Shown here piece by piece: positions 9,101 through 19,716 of a DNA stretch of 64,000 nt. How positions within the stretch are numbered: position 1 is the first letter of the stretch; each line of letters opens with the position of its first letter. The stretch is from an uncultured delta proteobacterium (lineage in GTDB: Bacteria; Desulfobacterota; Zymogenia; Zymogenales; Zymogenaceae). The translations under genes and the position numbers were made by a program. The DNA lies in contig CAWBYW010000016.1 in the NCBI GenBank assembly GCA_963792965.1, positions 192,001 through 256,000 on the forward strand, read 5' to 3'. Under the pieces are notes generated by a model. The model was not told where the DNA came from, did no database searches, and was given only the letters and a program-made list of their open reading frames with translations.

Positions 9101-11883
9101 CTATCCCTTCAGGTTGTCCGCGCAGGAGGCGCAAATTTCCGGGTGCTTCGGGTCCGTCCCGATGTCTTCCTTGTAATTCCAGCAGCGGGGGCACTTGGCG
9201 CCGGACGCCTTTTCGATCAGGATCGAGAGCCCCGGGACCTCTTCGCTCTTCACCGAACCCGCGGGCGCGGCGTCCACGATATCTACCCGCGAGACGATAA
9301 AGATGTCCGAAAGCTCGGCCGCATATTTCTTGAGGAGTTCCCTCTTTTTCCCCTCGGCCGCGATAATAACCCGGGCGTCAAGCGAGTGCCCGATGGTCTT
9401 GTTTCTCCGCGCCTCCTCCAGCGCCTTCTGCACCTGCTCCCTGATCCCGATGATCTCCTCCCACGCCGCCTCAAGGGCCTCGTCCATGAGCGAGGTGTCC
9501 GGTTTCAGAAATGCGGCCAGATGAACGCTCTTTTCGTTGCCGCCGGGCAGCATCTCCCAGATTTCCTCGGAGGTAAACGTGAGGATCGGCGCCATGAGGC
9601 GCGTCATCCCGTCCAGGATCGTATACATGGCGCTCTGTGCGGCGCGCCGCTTCTTCGAGTTGGGCGCCTCCGTGTAGAGACGGTCTTTGAGGATGTCAAG
9701 GTAGAAGGCTGAGAGGCTCGTCGCGCAGAAGTTATGGATGCCGTGGTAGATAACGTGAAAATCGAAGCTCCGATAGGCCTCGATGACCCTCTCGGCAAGC
9801 CTGGTGAACTTGACGAGGATATACCGGTCGATCTCGAGGAGCTCGGAGGGCGCCACCATATCTTTTTTGGGATCGAAGTCCGACAGGTTGCCGAGGATGA
9901 AGCGCGCGGTGTTCCGGATGCGGCGGTAGGCCTCCGATTGGCGCTTGAGGATCTCCGGGGAGATGCGGATGTCCTCCCGATAGTCCTCGGCCGCGACCCA
10001 GAGCCGGAGGACCTCTGCCCCGTACTCATCGATGACCTGCTGGGGGGCGATAACGTTGCCCAGCGACTTGCTCATCTTCTTTCCCTCGCCGTCCACGAAA
10101 AAACCGTGCGTGAGGACCTCACGGTAGGGCGCGCGGCCCCGGGTGCCGACGGAGGCCAGGAGCGAGGAGTGGAACCACCCGCGATGCTGGTCGCTCCCCT
10201 CGAGATACATGTCCGGGTACCGGCTTAAGGCCGGGGTTCTTTTCGCAGACCGCGGCGTAGCTCACCCCGGAGTCAAACCAGACGTCGAGGATGTCGTCTC
10301 TTTGTGAACGTCTTGCCGCCGCATTGTCGCACGTCAATCCCGGGGGCCGCCAGCTCCTTGACGTCCCGGTCGAACCAGCGTCGGCGCCTTCCTTCTCCAC
10401 AAAGTCGGCCACCTGCTCGAGGATCGCCTTGTCGATGATCTCTTTGCCGCAGTCGTTGCAGTAGAAAAAGGTGATGGGCACGCCCCACGAACGCTGGCGC
10501 GAGATGCACCAGTCGGGCCGGTTCTCGACCATCCCGAAGATCCGGTCCTTTCCCCACTTGGGGATCCAGCGTGACCCGGTCGATCTCTTCAAGCGCCTTT
10601 TTCCGCAGGGCGTTTTTCTCCATCGAGATGAACCACTGTTCGCGTGGAGCGGAAGATGATCGGCTTCTTGCAGCGCCAGCAGTGCGGGTACTGGTGGGAG
10701 TAGTCGGCCTGAGCAAGGAGCACCCCGAGTTCTTTCAGTTTTTTCGTAACGTCATCGTTTGCGTCGAAGACAAACTGTCCCGCGAAGAATTCGACGTCGT
10801 CCGTGAAGCGGCCGTAGTCGTCCACCGGGGCGTAGATCTCGAGGCCATACTTGAGGCCCGACTCGTAGTCCTCCTGCCCGTGCCCGGGCGCCGTATGGAC
10901 TGCACCGGTGCCGGCCTCGAGCGTGACGTAGTCGGCAAGGATGATCACCGAGGGTCGGTCGTAGAACGGGTGTCGGCCTTCTTGCCCTCCAGGCTCCTTC
11001 CGGGGAACGTCGCCAACACCTTATAGTCTTCCATCCCGAAGGAGTGCAGCACCGTGTCGGCCAGGTCCTCGGCCATGATATAGACGTCGCCGTTCTTAAC
11101 CTCGGCGGCGACATAGGTATAGTCCGGGTGGAGGGCGATGGCGAGGTTGGCCGGGATCGTCCAGGGGGTCGTCGTCCAGATGACCACAAAGACGCGCTTT
11201 CCGGCAAGCGCCGGGAAATCTTTCGAGAGGTCGTCAATCATCGGGAACTTGACGTAGATCGAGGGGGAGACGTGGTCGTGGTACTCGACCTCGGCCTCGG
11301 CCAGCGCCGTGACGCAGGTGGCGCACCAGTAGACCGGCTTCTTGCCCCGGTAGACCGCCGCCGAGAGCGCGAACTTCGTCAGCTCTCTGACGATCGTCGC
11401 CTCGTAGTCGTAGCTCATGGTGAGGTAGGGGTTTTCCCACTCCCCGAAGACGCCCAGCCGCTTGAACTCGTCCCGCTGGATGTCGATGAAATGCTCCGCG
11501 AAGGTCCGGCACTTCTTGCGGATCTCGCTTTTGGTCATCGTGAGCTTCTTGTCGCCCAGCTCTTTATCCACCTGGTGCTCGATGGGGAGGCCGTGGCAGT
11601 CCCAGCCGGGGACATAGTAGGTATCGAATCCCATCTTGAAGCGGGATTTGATGATGATGTCCTTGAGGATCTTGTTGAGCGCCGTGCCGAGGTGGATGTT
11701 GCCGTTGGCGTAGGGGGGGCCGTCGTGAAGGATAAACTTTTCTCTCCCTTTTGATGCCGCCTTGATGAGATCATAGAGCCCCATCTCTTCCCATCGGGAG
11801 AGCAGAATCGGTTCGCGCTTGGTCAGGTCCGCCTTCATCGGAAAGTCGGTCCGGGGAAGGTTAAGTGTCTCTTTATAATCCAT
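9101..11883 (-). CDS. ileS: Isoleucine--tRNA ligase (several apparent indels at 10200-10980)
   Basis: [66 protein letters not shown] and a C-terminal CPRC..C..C zinc finger, spread over five ORF fragments. Confidence 0.96.
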
Positions 11884-12033
11884 CGGCCCCTCCGGCATCT
11901 CTGTGCCCATATCTCCTTGATATTTCAAGAAAATAAATTCTATATAACTATCACGAAAAATGGGAAATTGTCAAGGGAAAAGAGGGGCGGTTGGAGCGCA
12001 CTGCGGGGGAAGGGCTCTCAACGACACCGTTAT

Positions 12034-12317
12034 CGTCATTGCGAGGAGGCGTAGCCGACGAAGCAGTCTGTTTTTCAACCGTCATTGCGAGGGGCCAAAG
12101 GCCCCGTGGCAATCTCGTGACTATGGAGGAAAAACGAGCGGCAAACCGACGTTTGGGATGGGCAGTCAGGGGATTGCTTCGGCTATATCACCCCAAAAAG
12201 CTATCGCTTTTTGGGGGCCCCGGTGAAGGAAGGGGAGCGGGAATATTCCCTCCTTTCTCGGTCGGGGTCCCCGCAAATGCCAGCATCTGTGGGGTACATT
12301 CACTCCCTCGCAATGAC
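12034..12317. repeat. Intergenic palindromic element (GTCATTGCGAGG...CCTCGCAATGAC type) with a nested inverted pair of hairpin repeats
   Basis: 13-bp inverted repeat at 12081-12093 and 12305-12317, a partial extra copy at 12034, and internal hairpins at 12191-12216 and 12269-12294. Confidence 0.75.
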
Positions 12318-12456
12318 AGCGAAGCGGCAAACGGACACCACACGTGGTATCCCTCTACGAGTCGGAGGAAGGATGCTTCGGTTAGGGACGTTTGATATAC
12401 TATTGCATGTTTTAGATTATGTAGCGGCAGACGTGTCGTGCCCGTCTGCCCGGGCG

Positions 12457-14760
12457 CTATCCTTCCTTCCGTGTCGCTCTTTTCGGTTTCAGGCCCCTGG
12501 CGGGAAAGAGGATCGTGAACGAGGTATCGCCGGGCGCAGATTTAACCTCGTAGCGCACGTCGTAGGGCTTGAGGAGAAAGTCGACGGTGAAAAGCCCCAG
12601 CCCCGTTCCCTGGCCTTTCTGGCCCTTCGTGGTGAAGAACGGATCGAAGATGTGCGGAATATGTTCGCTGTCGATCCCCGTACCGGTGTCATGAAAGGTA
12701 ACTTTGATCTTCTTCTTAGAGAGGGAGGTCTCGATCGTCAGCTCCCGCCGCTCCGAGGTGCGCATGGCGTCCACCGCGTTGAGGACGATGTTGACAAAGC
12801 TCTGGGAGACGTCCGAATGGACCCCGGGGAGCCTCGGGAGGGACTCCGAGAGGATAAGGGTCTTGGCTATCTTGTGTTTGAAGAAGAGGTCCGCCTCCAA
12901 AAACGCCACCTCCGCCTCGATGATCCCGTTGATATCGAGGTCCTCTATCTTACGCCTGGATTCATTCCGAATCTTGAGGAGGAGGTTCTTGACCTGATCC
13001 GAGAGCCTCAGCGCCACGGTGTAGGCGTCGTTCACGTCGCCGATGAGGTCTTTCCTTCTCCCGACAAGCGACTCTACCGGCAGCTTTCCCTCCTCGGTCA
13101 GCTCCCGCTCGACGTCTTGATGGACTACCTTGAGTATGCCTATCAACGCCTGGAGGGGATTGTTGAGGTTGTGGAAGAGCCCTTCGGTCATGATCCCGAT
13201 CTGGGAGTGTTTCGAGCGCTCCATCAGCTCGAGCTGGAGCTTCTCCTTCTCTGAGGCCAGGGCGAGGAGCTGCGTCTTGTCCACGAGGTGGGCGATTACC
13301 TGGCCCTTCGATGCCCCGTTCGAGATGGCCGACAGCGTCGCCTCAAACATGATTCGTTTGGCGTCTTCGGCTCGCATCTCACACTCGACTGCCACAGGGG
13401 ACACGTGTGACCCAATGACGTCGGCGATCGCCTGCCGTATCCGCTCCTCGTAAGTCGGGGAGACGAACTCAAGGAACGATCTCCCCACAAGCGACGTGGG
13501 ATCCATGCCGAGAAACTCCCCCATCATTCCGTTGGCAAACTGGATCACGAGCGACCCGTCCAGGATGGTCCAGGCGTCGCCCGAGCCTTCAACCACCATG
13601 CGGTATTTCCGCTCGGACTCCTCAAGCTCCCGGCTCCGCTCGCGCACCTGTTGTTCGAGCTGACGGTTGTAGTTCTCGATGAACTCCCTGGATGTCCGGA
13701 GCTCTCCGGCCATTCGATTGAACGATTGGGCAAGATCACCGATCTCGTCTTGCGATCGTACGGTGATCTGTTGGGAAAAATCGCCCCTGCCTATCCGATC
13801 GGTTCCCCGGATGATCTCCTTTATGGGACGTGCGATGGCTCCCGAAAGGGCGATGGAAACAAGCGACGTCACCACAAGGATAATGACGATGGCAAAGCCG
13901 AAACTCTTTCTGATCTGGCCTGCGACGAGATATGCCTCATCCTCCCGATAGGAGATCACGACCTTGAGCTCCTTGGGTCCCGCGTCCTGGACCCCCGAAA
14001 TCGTCGTGATAAAGGCGATGTACGGTCTGTTCTGTCTGTCCACATAGTGAATAATGCCTTCCCCGATCGTCATGATTCGTTTGGTCACCGCCCCGTCGGA
14101 AAAGGGAGTAAAGAGCGGCGTCCCGTCGGGACCAGCCACGATGAGACCCGACCCGTCGACGATAAAGGCCCGCCCCGTTTCACCGATCTGGACGAGCTTT
14201 GTCATCTCCGTCAACCCCTGATCACCCACGGCGGCCAGGAGCGTGACGGGAACACTCCCCGTTTTTCGGCCGACGGGAAGCGCAATCAGGAAGGCGGGCT
14301 GTTCTATCCCCGGAAACTTCTGGGGGGATGTGATGCGGGGAAAGGTCCCGGAAAACCCGGTAAAGTCCGCGCCACCCATGAAGAATGCCGGGGAACCGCC
14401 GACGGCAAATGCCTGCCCTCCCTTGAGGAGGAAGAGACCCATGATGTCGGGCGAAACCTCCCGCACTTTCACCATTTCCCGCTCAACCACGCTCCGGGCT
14501 GCCTTTTCGTCGGCAAAGACCGGATCCTGGGCCAATAACGCGACGGACCGATAGGTCTCTCCGATTGAGCGGTCCGCGTCGTTTTTGAGGCGAAGGCCGA
14601 TATCGGTCAGGGTGTTTTCGACCTCGAGGGCGGCCTGCCGGTTGATCTGCCAGAAGGTATAGAAAGACATGAAAACGATGGGGATAAGGCCGATTGAGAC
14701 AAAGAGAAAGAAGAGCTTGATGGTTATGCTGATTTTCGGCCTGTGGTCGAGAAGGGACAT
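12457..14760 (-). CDS. Membrane sensor histidine kinase (periplasmic Cache-like, HAMP, PAS, HisKA, HATPase)
   Basis: Two TM helices, DEIGDLAQSFNRM, H-box FHNLNNPL, NAVDAM, DTGTGI, FDPFFTTK, GTGLGL. Confidence 0.92.
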   Translation of the reverse strand: MSLLDHRPKISITIKLFFLFVSIGLIPIVFMSFYTFWQINRQAALEVENTLTDIGLRLKNDADRSIGETYRSVALLAQDPVFADEKAARSVVEREMVKVREVSPDIMGLFLLKGGQAFAVGGSPAFFMGGADFTGFSGTFPRITSPQKFPGIEQPAFLIALPVGRKTGSVPVTLLAAVGDQGLTEMTKLVQIGETGRAFIVDGSGLIVAGPDGTPLFTPFSDGAVTKRIMTIGEGIIHYVDRQNRPYIAFITTISGVQDAGPKELKVVISYREDEAYLVAGQIRKSFGFAIVIILVVTSLVSIALSGAIARPIKEIIRGTDRIGRGDFSQQITVRSQDEIGDLAQSFNRMAGELRTSREFIENYNRQLEQQVRERSRELEESERKYRMVVEGSGDAWTILDGSLVIQFANGMMGEFLGMDPTSLVGRSFLEFVSPTYEERIRQAIADVIGSHVSPVAVECEMRAEDAKRIMFEATLSAISNGASKGQVIAHLVDKTQLLALASEKEKLQLELMERSKHSQIGIMTEGLFHNLNNPLQALIGILKVVHQDVERELTEEGKLPVESLVGRRKDLIGDVNDAYTVALRLSDQVKNLLLKIRNESRRKIEDLDINGIIEAEVAFLEADLFFKHKIAKTLILSESLPRLPGVHSDVSQSFVNIVLNAVDAMRTSERRELTIETSLSKKKIKVTFHDTGTGIDSEHIPHIFDPFFTTKGQKGQGTGLGLFTVDFLLKPYDVRYEVKSAPGDTSFTILFPARGLKPKRATRKEG

Positions 14761-14793
14761 CTCTGTGTCGACCCCTGTTCTACCGGTCGCGCC

Positions 14794-15510
14794 CTATCTG
14801 ATGAGGGAAAGGACGAGGGCCGCCGTGCCGACGACTGCCGCGATGCCGACCGCCGCGGCCGCTATCCGGAGCCTATTATTAAGCACCGCTATCCTTCGAC
14901 CCTGTCCGATCAGCTCATTTTCAAGGGTCTGTATGAGGGAGTGCTGTCGCTGTTCCGATTGCTCGACCTCATCGTGAAGCTTGTCGACCTCCGTCTCGAC
15001 GGCACCGCGCAGCTCTCGCAGCTCAGATATGACCTGTTTTGTCTCCGACTCGAGGCGCTCTATCTCGGACTCCGTAATCTCCTTGAGGAACTCCACGGTA
15101 AGATCGATGAGACGGTCGTACTGGGCCCTGATCATCCGGTCATAGTGGGTAAGCATCATCTCATCGGAATAGCTCCCGACGGCGGTTGTGCGTCGAGGGC
15201 CGTCGGCCGTCTCGGTGCGGGCATCGATAATCTCGAATTCCTCGGGCGGCACCTCACCGTCTTTTTCGCCGTATCGCCGTTCCATTCCCGGAGGGGGCGT
15301 TCGCATGATCTGGGAAATCAGTTCCTGATGGGATCTGAAACGCTGGGCGAAGTCGCTGCTGATATTTCTGAGCTGTTCGAAATCGAGGGACTTGAGGTGG
15401 TCTTCGACGATCTCATAGAGGGAGGAGATATTTTCGCTCTTTTCTTTCTCGGTATCCTGATCGTCGTCCTTCGTTTTTTTATCGATGATCTTCTTGAACC
15501 ACTTCTTCAT
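14794..15510 (-). CDS. Hypothetical coiled-coil protein with C-terminal membrane anchor
   Basis: Acidic heptad-rich helices and a hydrophobic tail (AAAVGIAAVVGTAALVLSLI); 33 bp upstream of the kinase. Confidence 0.7.
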   Translation of the reverse strand: MKKWFKKIIDKKTKDDDQDTEKEKSENISSLYEIVEDHLKSLDFEQLRNISSDFAQRFRSHQELISQIMRTPPPGMERRYGEKDGEVPPEEFEIIDARTETADGPRRTTAVGSYSDEMMLTHYDRMIRAQYDRLIDLTVEFLKEITESEIERLESETKQVISELRELRGAVETEVDKLHDEVEQSEQRQHSLIQTLENELIGQGRRIAVLNNRLRIAAAAVGIAAVVGTAALVLSLIR

Positions 15511-15576
15511 AGGTGCTATCGTACCACCCTTTTTCTTTTTGTCAAGTTTATGATGGGGAGGCCGGCGCCCCCGCGG

Positions 15577-15605
15577 TTGACAACAGCCGCCCGTGGTGAT
15601 ATAAG
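15577..15605 (+). promoter_or_regulatory. Sigma-70-type promoter
   Basis: TTGACA-17 nt-TATAAG upstream of ATG 15633. Confidence 0.55.
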
Positions 15606-15632
15606 ACTCAAAGACTTGGGAGCAAGAAGCAG

Positions 15633-16102
15633 ATGAAGCCTCCGCGTAAACTTGGCGTGACGCCGCTGATCGTCGTCTTCTGGGATCAACCGATGTGGCA
15701 CGGAACTCCGCGCGTCTTCACCGACCGGGTGGACGACCTGAAGGCCGAGCTCTGCGGACTTTACCCCCTGTTCCATGACGATCTACGCGGGCCCGGACTA
15801 CATGAGAAGCGAGGACGGGACGTCGCCGGCCTACTGGCAGGCGCGCTTTTTCGTCGAGAAGGGGTGTAAATACACCGGGATCCGGGTCCCCGATAAGCGA
15901 CGGTCGCGACATCGTGCTGCCGCCCCTCGGCCCCGGCTTCTATCAGGACTGCATGTTTCCCGAGGGGCTCAACTGGACGGAGCCGGATGCCCTGGGCCGG
16001 ATGGTTTTCACCAAGATCAACTCGTTCCGATTCGTGGAGCACAAGTTCACGATCTTCAACGATTACCTCCCTCCCCAGCTCAAGAAAGAAGGTGATCGGT
16101 AG
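15633..16102 (+). CDS. Hypothetical protein of about 155 aa (two apparent indels)
   Basis: Three overlapping ORF pieces (15633, 15775, 15914) with host-like codons join after two single-base corrections. Its stop overlaps the start of the radical SAM gene. Confidence 0.55.
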
Positions 16103-17004
16103 TGGAGCACCTCACGGCGTCGTTTTTTTTGACCCGCCGCTGCTCGAGCCGCTGCCGCCACTGCGGGGCGTGGTACACCAAATCGGCCGAAAGCGACTTC
16201 ACGAAGGACGACCTCGGCCGCTTCATCACCGAGGTCTCGCGGATCTCCCGGATCGAGGCGGTGGGTCTCTCGGGGGGCGAGGTCTTTGTGGTAAAGGAGC
16301 TCTTCGATTTCGCCGTGGACGAGCTGAAAAAGGCGGGGATCCCTTTTACGTTCGTGACCAACGCCTATTGGGCAAGAAGCGAACAGCGTGCGCGCCAGCT
16401 TCTTTCGCGCTATCGGGGGACGCTCGGGATGGGCCTTTCGGCCGATTCCTTTCACCAGGAGTTCATCCCACTGTCACGGGTGGTCAACGCCGCCCGGGCC
16501 GCGAGCGAGCTCGGAATACCCTACGTCGTGAGGGCCACCATGCGGGCCTCCGACAGGCGGCAGGATGTGGAGCGTCTCCTCCTCGATGCCGGTCTGCCGG
16601 ACCGGGAGACGATCGCGTACGCCCCCGTCATGTTCATCGGCAGGGCGAGAAAGAAGATCCCGCCCGAGGATTTCCCCGACGACAACCCCGTGCGTCCCTG
16701 CCTGTCGCTTCGAACCCCCTTCATCTTCCCCAACGGGGACGTCTACGCCTGCTGCGGCGAGGCGGCCAATATCGAGGGGCGCCACCCGCTTCTTCTGGGA
16801 AACCTGAACGAAATGGATTTCGTGTCCCTCATCGCGAAGTACGAGACCGACCCGACGCTGGGCGCCATCTATACCGAGGGTCCCCGCTCCCTCTATGAGC
16901 GGACGGGCGCCTCGCCGACAACCCTGCGCGAGGAACTGCTGCTCCGCTCCCCCTGCGGGACGTGCCGGCTGTTGTTCGATCAAGAAGGAATGCGGCGGGA
17001 CTGA
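16102..17004 (+). CDS. Radical SAM enzyme with C-terminal SPASM/Twitch-like cysteines
   Basis: CSSRCRHC (CxxxCxxC), SGGEVF, VTNAYWA, SADSFHQEF, C-terminal PC...VYACC...PCGTC. Confidence 0.9.
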   Translation: MEHLTASFFLTRRCSSRCRHCGAWYTKSAESDFTKDDLGRFITEVSRISRIEAVGLSGGEVFVVKELFDFAVDELKKAGIPFTFVTNAYWARSEQRARQLLSRYRGTLGMGLSADSFHQEFIPLSRVVNAARAASELGIPYVVRATMRASDRRQDVERLLLDAGLPDRETIAYAPVMFIGRARKKIPPEDFPDDNPVRPCLSLRTPFIFPNGDVYACCGEAANIEGRHPLLLGNLNEMDFVSLIAKYETDPTLGAIYTEGPRSLYERTGASPTTLREELLLRSPCGTCRLLFDQEGMRRD

Positions 17005-17035
17005 GAAAGAGAGTGCCGCGGCTCAGAGACGCTCC

Positions 17036-18970
17036 TTACCCCTTCTTCTTATCCACCGTCTCCCTGACCTTCCTGACCAGTTTCTTCAATTGAATCGGTT
17101 TCTGGATAAACGAATCGGCACCCATGGCAAGAAGATTCCGTATCTGTCCGCTCCGGCTGTAGGCCGAGGTGACGAGCACCTTTGCGTCGGGGACTATCTC
17201 TTTGATCCTCGCCAGCGTCTTCTCTTCCCCCGGGTCCGGCATAACGAAATCGAGGATGATCAGATCTATGTGACCGTTCTGGCGGCCAGCAAGATCAATG
17301 CCCTCGTTCCCATCGCGGGCGGTAATGACCCGGTACCCGTTCTCCCTCAGGAAATCCCCCCACAGCTCCCTGACAACCGGATCATCGTCTATGATGAGTA
17401 TTGTCTCGTTTCCCGAAAAATCCTCCGGCTCTTTGGTCGGGAGCGCCGCCCGTACACCCTCCCCGACGGCGGGGAAGTAGAGCCGAAACGTCGTTCCGCC
17501 GCCCACCTCGCTCTCCACGGTTATCTGGCCCTTATGGCTCTTCATGATGCCGTATACCGTCGATAGTCCCATCCCGGTCCCGCTCCCCTGCGCTTTCGTG
17601 GTAAAGAACGGCTCGAATATCCGGCCTCTGATCTGGGGCGGTATGCCGATGCCGGTATCGGTGACCGATATTACCACGTGGTCGCCCTCCTGCGCCCCGA
17701 GGTGTGCCTTGACAAAGTCTTGACCCAGCCTCTTGTTTTCAGTCTCGATGATGAGGCGACCACCCGTCGGCATCGCGTCCCGCGCGTTGATGCAGAGGTT
17801 GAGCAGGCTCTGTTCCAGCTGACCGGCGTCTCCCTCAATGAGCATCAGGTCCGTCTCGAGGCGGGTTACTATCTCGATGGACTTATCCAATGTGCCGGAG
17901 ATAAGGGGGAGCACCTTCTCAACAACGTCGTTGACTCTCATTTTCGTCGGACGGTGCCGTCCCGACCGTGCCGTATTCAAGAGCTGCCTGGTCAGCTCGG
18001 AGGCGCGCACGGTCCCATCGTAGATCGTCTTAAGTGCCTTATAGTCCGGGTCGCCTTGATGCTTCTTGAGGAGGAGATACTCCGAGTATCCCATGATGCC
18101 GACAAGGATGTTGTTGAAGTTGTGCGCGATCCCACCGGCCAGCGCATTGACGGCCTCCATTTTTTGCGCGTGGACGAGCTGCTCTTCCAGTTTCTTCTTT
18201 TCCGTGATGTCCTTTAACGAGCCCTGAAAACCGATTACGTTTCCCTGCGCGTCCTTCCTCCGAGTCGCCGTCACGAGGCAGTTGGCGACGGTGCCGTTTT
18301 TCCTTTTCAGATCAACGTCGAAGTCTTTCAGAAACCCTGTTTGGGCGATATCCTGCACGAATTGCTGCCTCTTTTCGGCGTTCGTGTAGTTTTCGATGAT
18401 GTTCTTTCCGACCAGTTCTTCCCGGGTGTATCCCGAAAGCTCCAGTCCTGCCGGGTTTATATCAATCACCGTCCCATCGAGGGACGTCATGAAGACGATG
18501 TCCTGTGAGTTTTCAAACAGGCTTCGCCACTTCTCTTCGGACTCCCGCAGCGCCTCCTGGGCCCGTTTCTTTTCAGTGATGTCGCGGGCGATATGCACGC
18601 TCCCGATCAGCTCTCCCTCCACGTTATGGAGGGGAGAAACGATCAGGAGAAAATCACCGCCCAGCTTTTCCTCATGGATCTCGGCGGTATGTTCACAGCC
18701 GTCCTCGATAAGCCGGGCATGGGGACAGAAGGGCACGGGCCCCACAGTACCGTGAACGCAGGCATAACATTCCTTGCCGATACACTCATCGGGATCAATG
18801 CCGAGGCGATCCGTCATGGCCCTGTTTGCCCGAACGATCCGATATTCCTTATCGACGATCACGATGAGGTCCGGCACCGCATTGAAGGTGCTGGTCCATG
18901 CGTCTTCGGAAGCCGCTGAGGGCAGCCCCCGGGCCGGACGAGGATCCCGATCGATTCGATTATCCTTCAT
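17036..18970 (-). CDS. Cytoplasmic hybrid histidine kinase (2 PAS, HisKA, HATPase, receiver)
   Basis: AGGIAHNFNN, NARDAM, FEPFFTTK, receiver ILIIDDD/LILD/QKP. Confidence 0.93.
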   Translation of the reverse strand: MKDNRIDRDPRPARGLPSAASEDAWTSTFNAVPDLIVIVDKEYRIVRANRAMTDRLGIDPDECIGKECYACVHGTVGPVPFCPHARLIEDGCEHTAEIHEEKLGGDFLLIVSPLHNVEGELIGSVHIARDITEKKRAQEALRESEEKWRSLFENSQDIVFMTSLDGTVIDINPAGLELSGYTREELVGKNIIENYTNAEKRQQFVQDIAQTGFLKDFDVDLKRKNGTVANCLVTATRRKDAQGNVIGFQGSLKDITEKKKLEEQLVHAQKMEAVNALAGGIAHNFNNILVGIMGYSEYLLLKKHQGDPDYKALKTIYDGTVRASELTRQLLNTARSGRHRPTKMRVNDVVEKVLPLISGTLDKSIEIVTRLETDLMLIEGDAGQLEQSLLNLCINARDAMPTGGRLIIETENKRLGQDFVKAHLGAQEGDHVVISVTDTGIGIPPQIRGRIFEPFFTTKAQGSGTGMGLSTVYGIMKSHKGQITVESEVGGGTTFRLYFPAVGEGVRAALPTKEPEDFSGNETILIIDDDPVVRELWGDFLRENGYRVITARDGNEGIDLAGRQNGHIDLIILDFVMPDPGEEKTLARIKEIVPDAKVLVTSAYSRSGQIRNLLAMGADSFIQKPIQLKKLVRKVRETVDKKKG

Positions 18971-19071
18971 GTTCCACCTCGGCAGCTATGCCCCGGGCCG
19001 ATAGAGAGGCACGATCGGTTTTGTTGAAACGAGCGAAAAATTTTTTCTATTCTAATGGATGTGCTAATCGA

Positions 19072-19542
19072 TTACAAGGACGTTTTCTTGTATTTGGCAA
19101 AAATATTTTTGACGGTCTGATTCAAAACGGGATGCACCGCGTCCGGGGCGATCTCGGAAAGCGGCCCCAATACAAAGGCCCGCTCCGTCATCCTGGGATG
19201 GGGAATGACGAGATCGGGATCATCGACCACAATGTCGCCGAAGAGCAGGATGTCGATGTCTATGATCCGCGGGCCGAAACGGACGGTGGGCAGCCTTCCC
19301 ATTAAGCGCTCGACGCGTGTGAGCTCCAAGAGCAGCTTGCGGGGCGTCAGGGTTGTCTCGATCTCAAGGGCGGCGTTGATGAAATCGGGCTGGTCGATAT
19401 ACCCCTCGGGCGCCGTCTCGTGGAGGGACGACATCGCCACGACCCGCACACGACTGATCGCATCGATCAGGTCGCGGGCGCGCATGATGCATGCCCGTCG
19501 GTCGCCGAGGTTTGAGCCGAGCGCCAAGAAGACCCGTTGCAT
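19072..19542 (-). CDS. folK: 2-amino-4-hydroxy-6-hydroxymethyldihydropteridine diphosphokinase
   Basis: ALGSNLGDR, QPDFIN, GPRIIDIDIL, IPHPRM.ERAFVL.PL. Confidence 0.95.
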   Translation of the reverse strand: MQRVFLALGSNLGDRRACIMRARDLIDAISRVRVVAMSSLHETAPEGYIDQPDFINAALEIETTLTPRKLLLELTRVERLMGRLPTVRFGPRIIDIDILLFGDIVVDDPDLVIPHPRMTERAFVLGPLSEIAPDAVHPVLNQTVKNIFAKYKKTSL

Positions 19543-19716
19543 AGCCTGTATATAACACAGGCGGCCCGGCCCTGCAAGATCGTTCGACGACCGCAAAGCG
19601 GCGGGGTTGGCGAGCGTCGGCTGGAATACGTCGCGCCCCAGGCACCCACCCACGGACGCACCCGCACGGAGATGGCGCCGGCCCTTTCGTCGCATCCTTT
19701 TTCGGCTCCACTACCA

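Noticed and set aside
10200-10980. Programmed frameshifting or real pseudogenisation of ileS and other split genes
   Set aside because: No consistent slippery sites; the indels go in both directions, are clustered, and hit essential genes, which fits sequencing error.
12034-12317. CRISPR array or T-box upstream of ileS
   Set aside because: No regularly spaced repeat-spacer units and no cas genes; the element lies upstream of the likely ileS promoter (TTGACA at about 11973) and shows no T-box motif.
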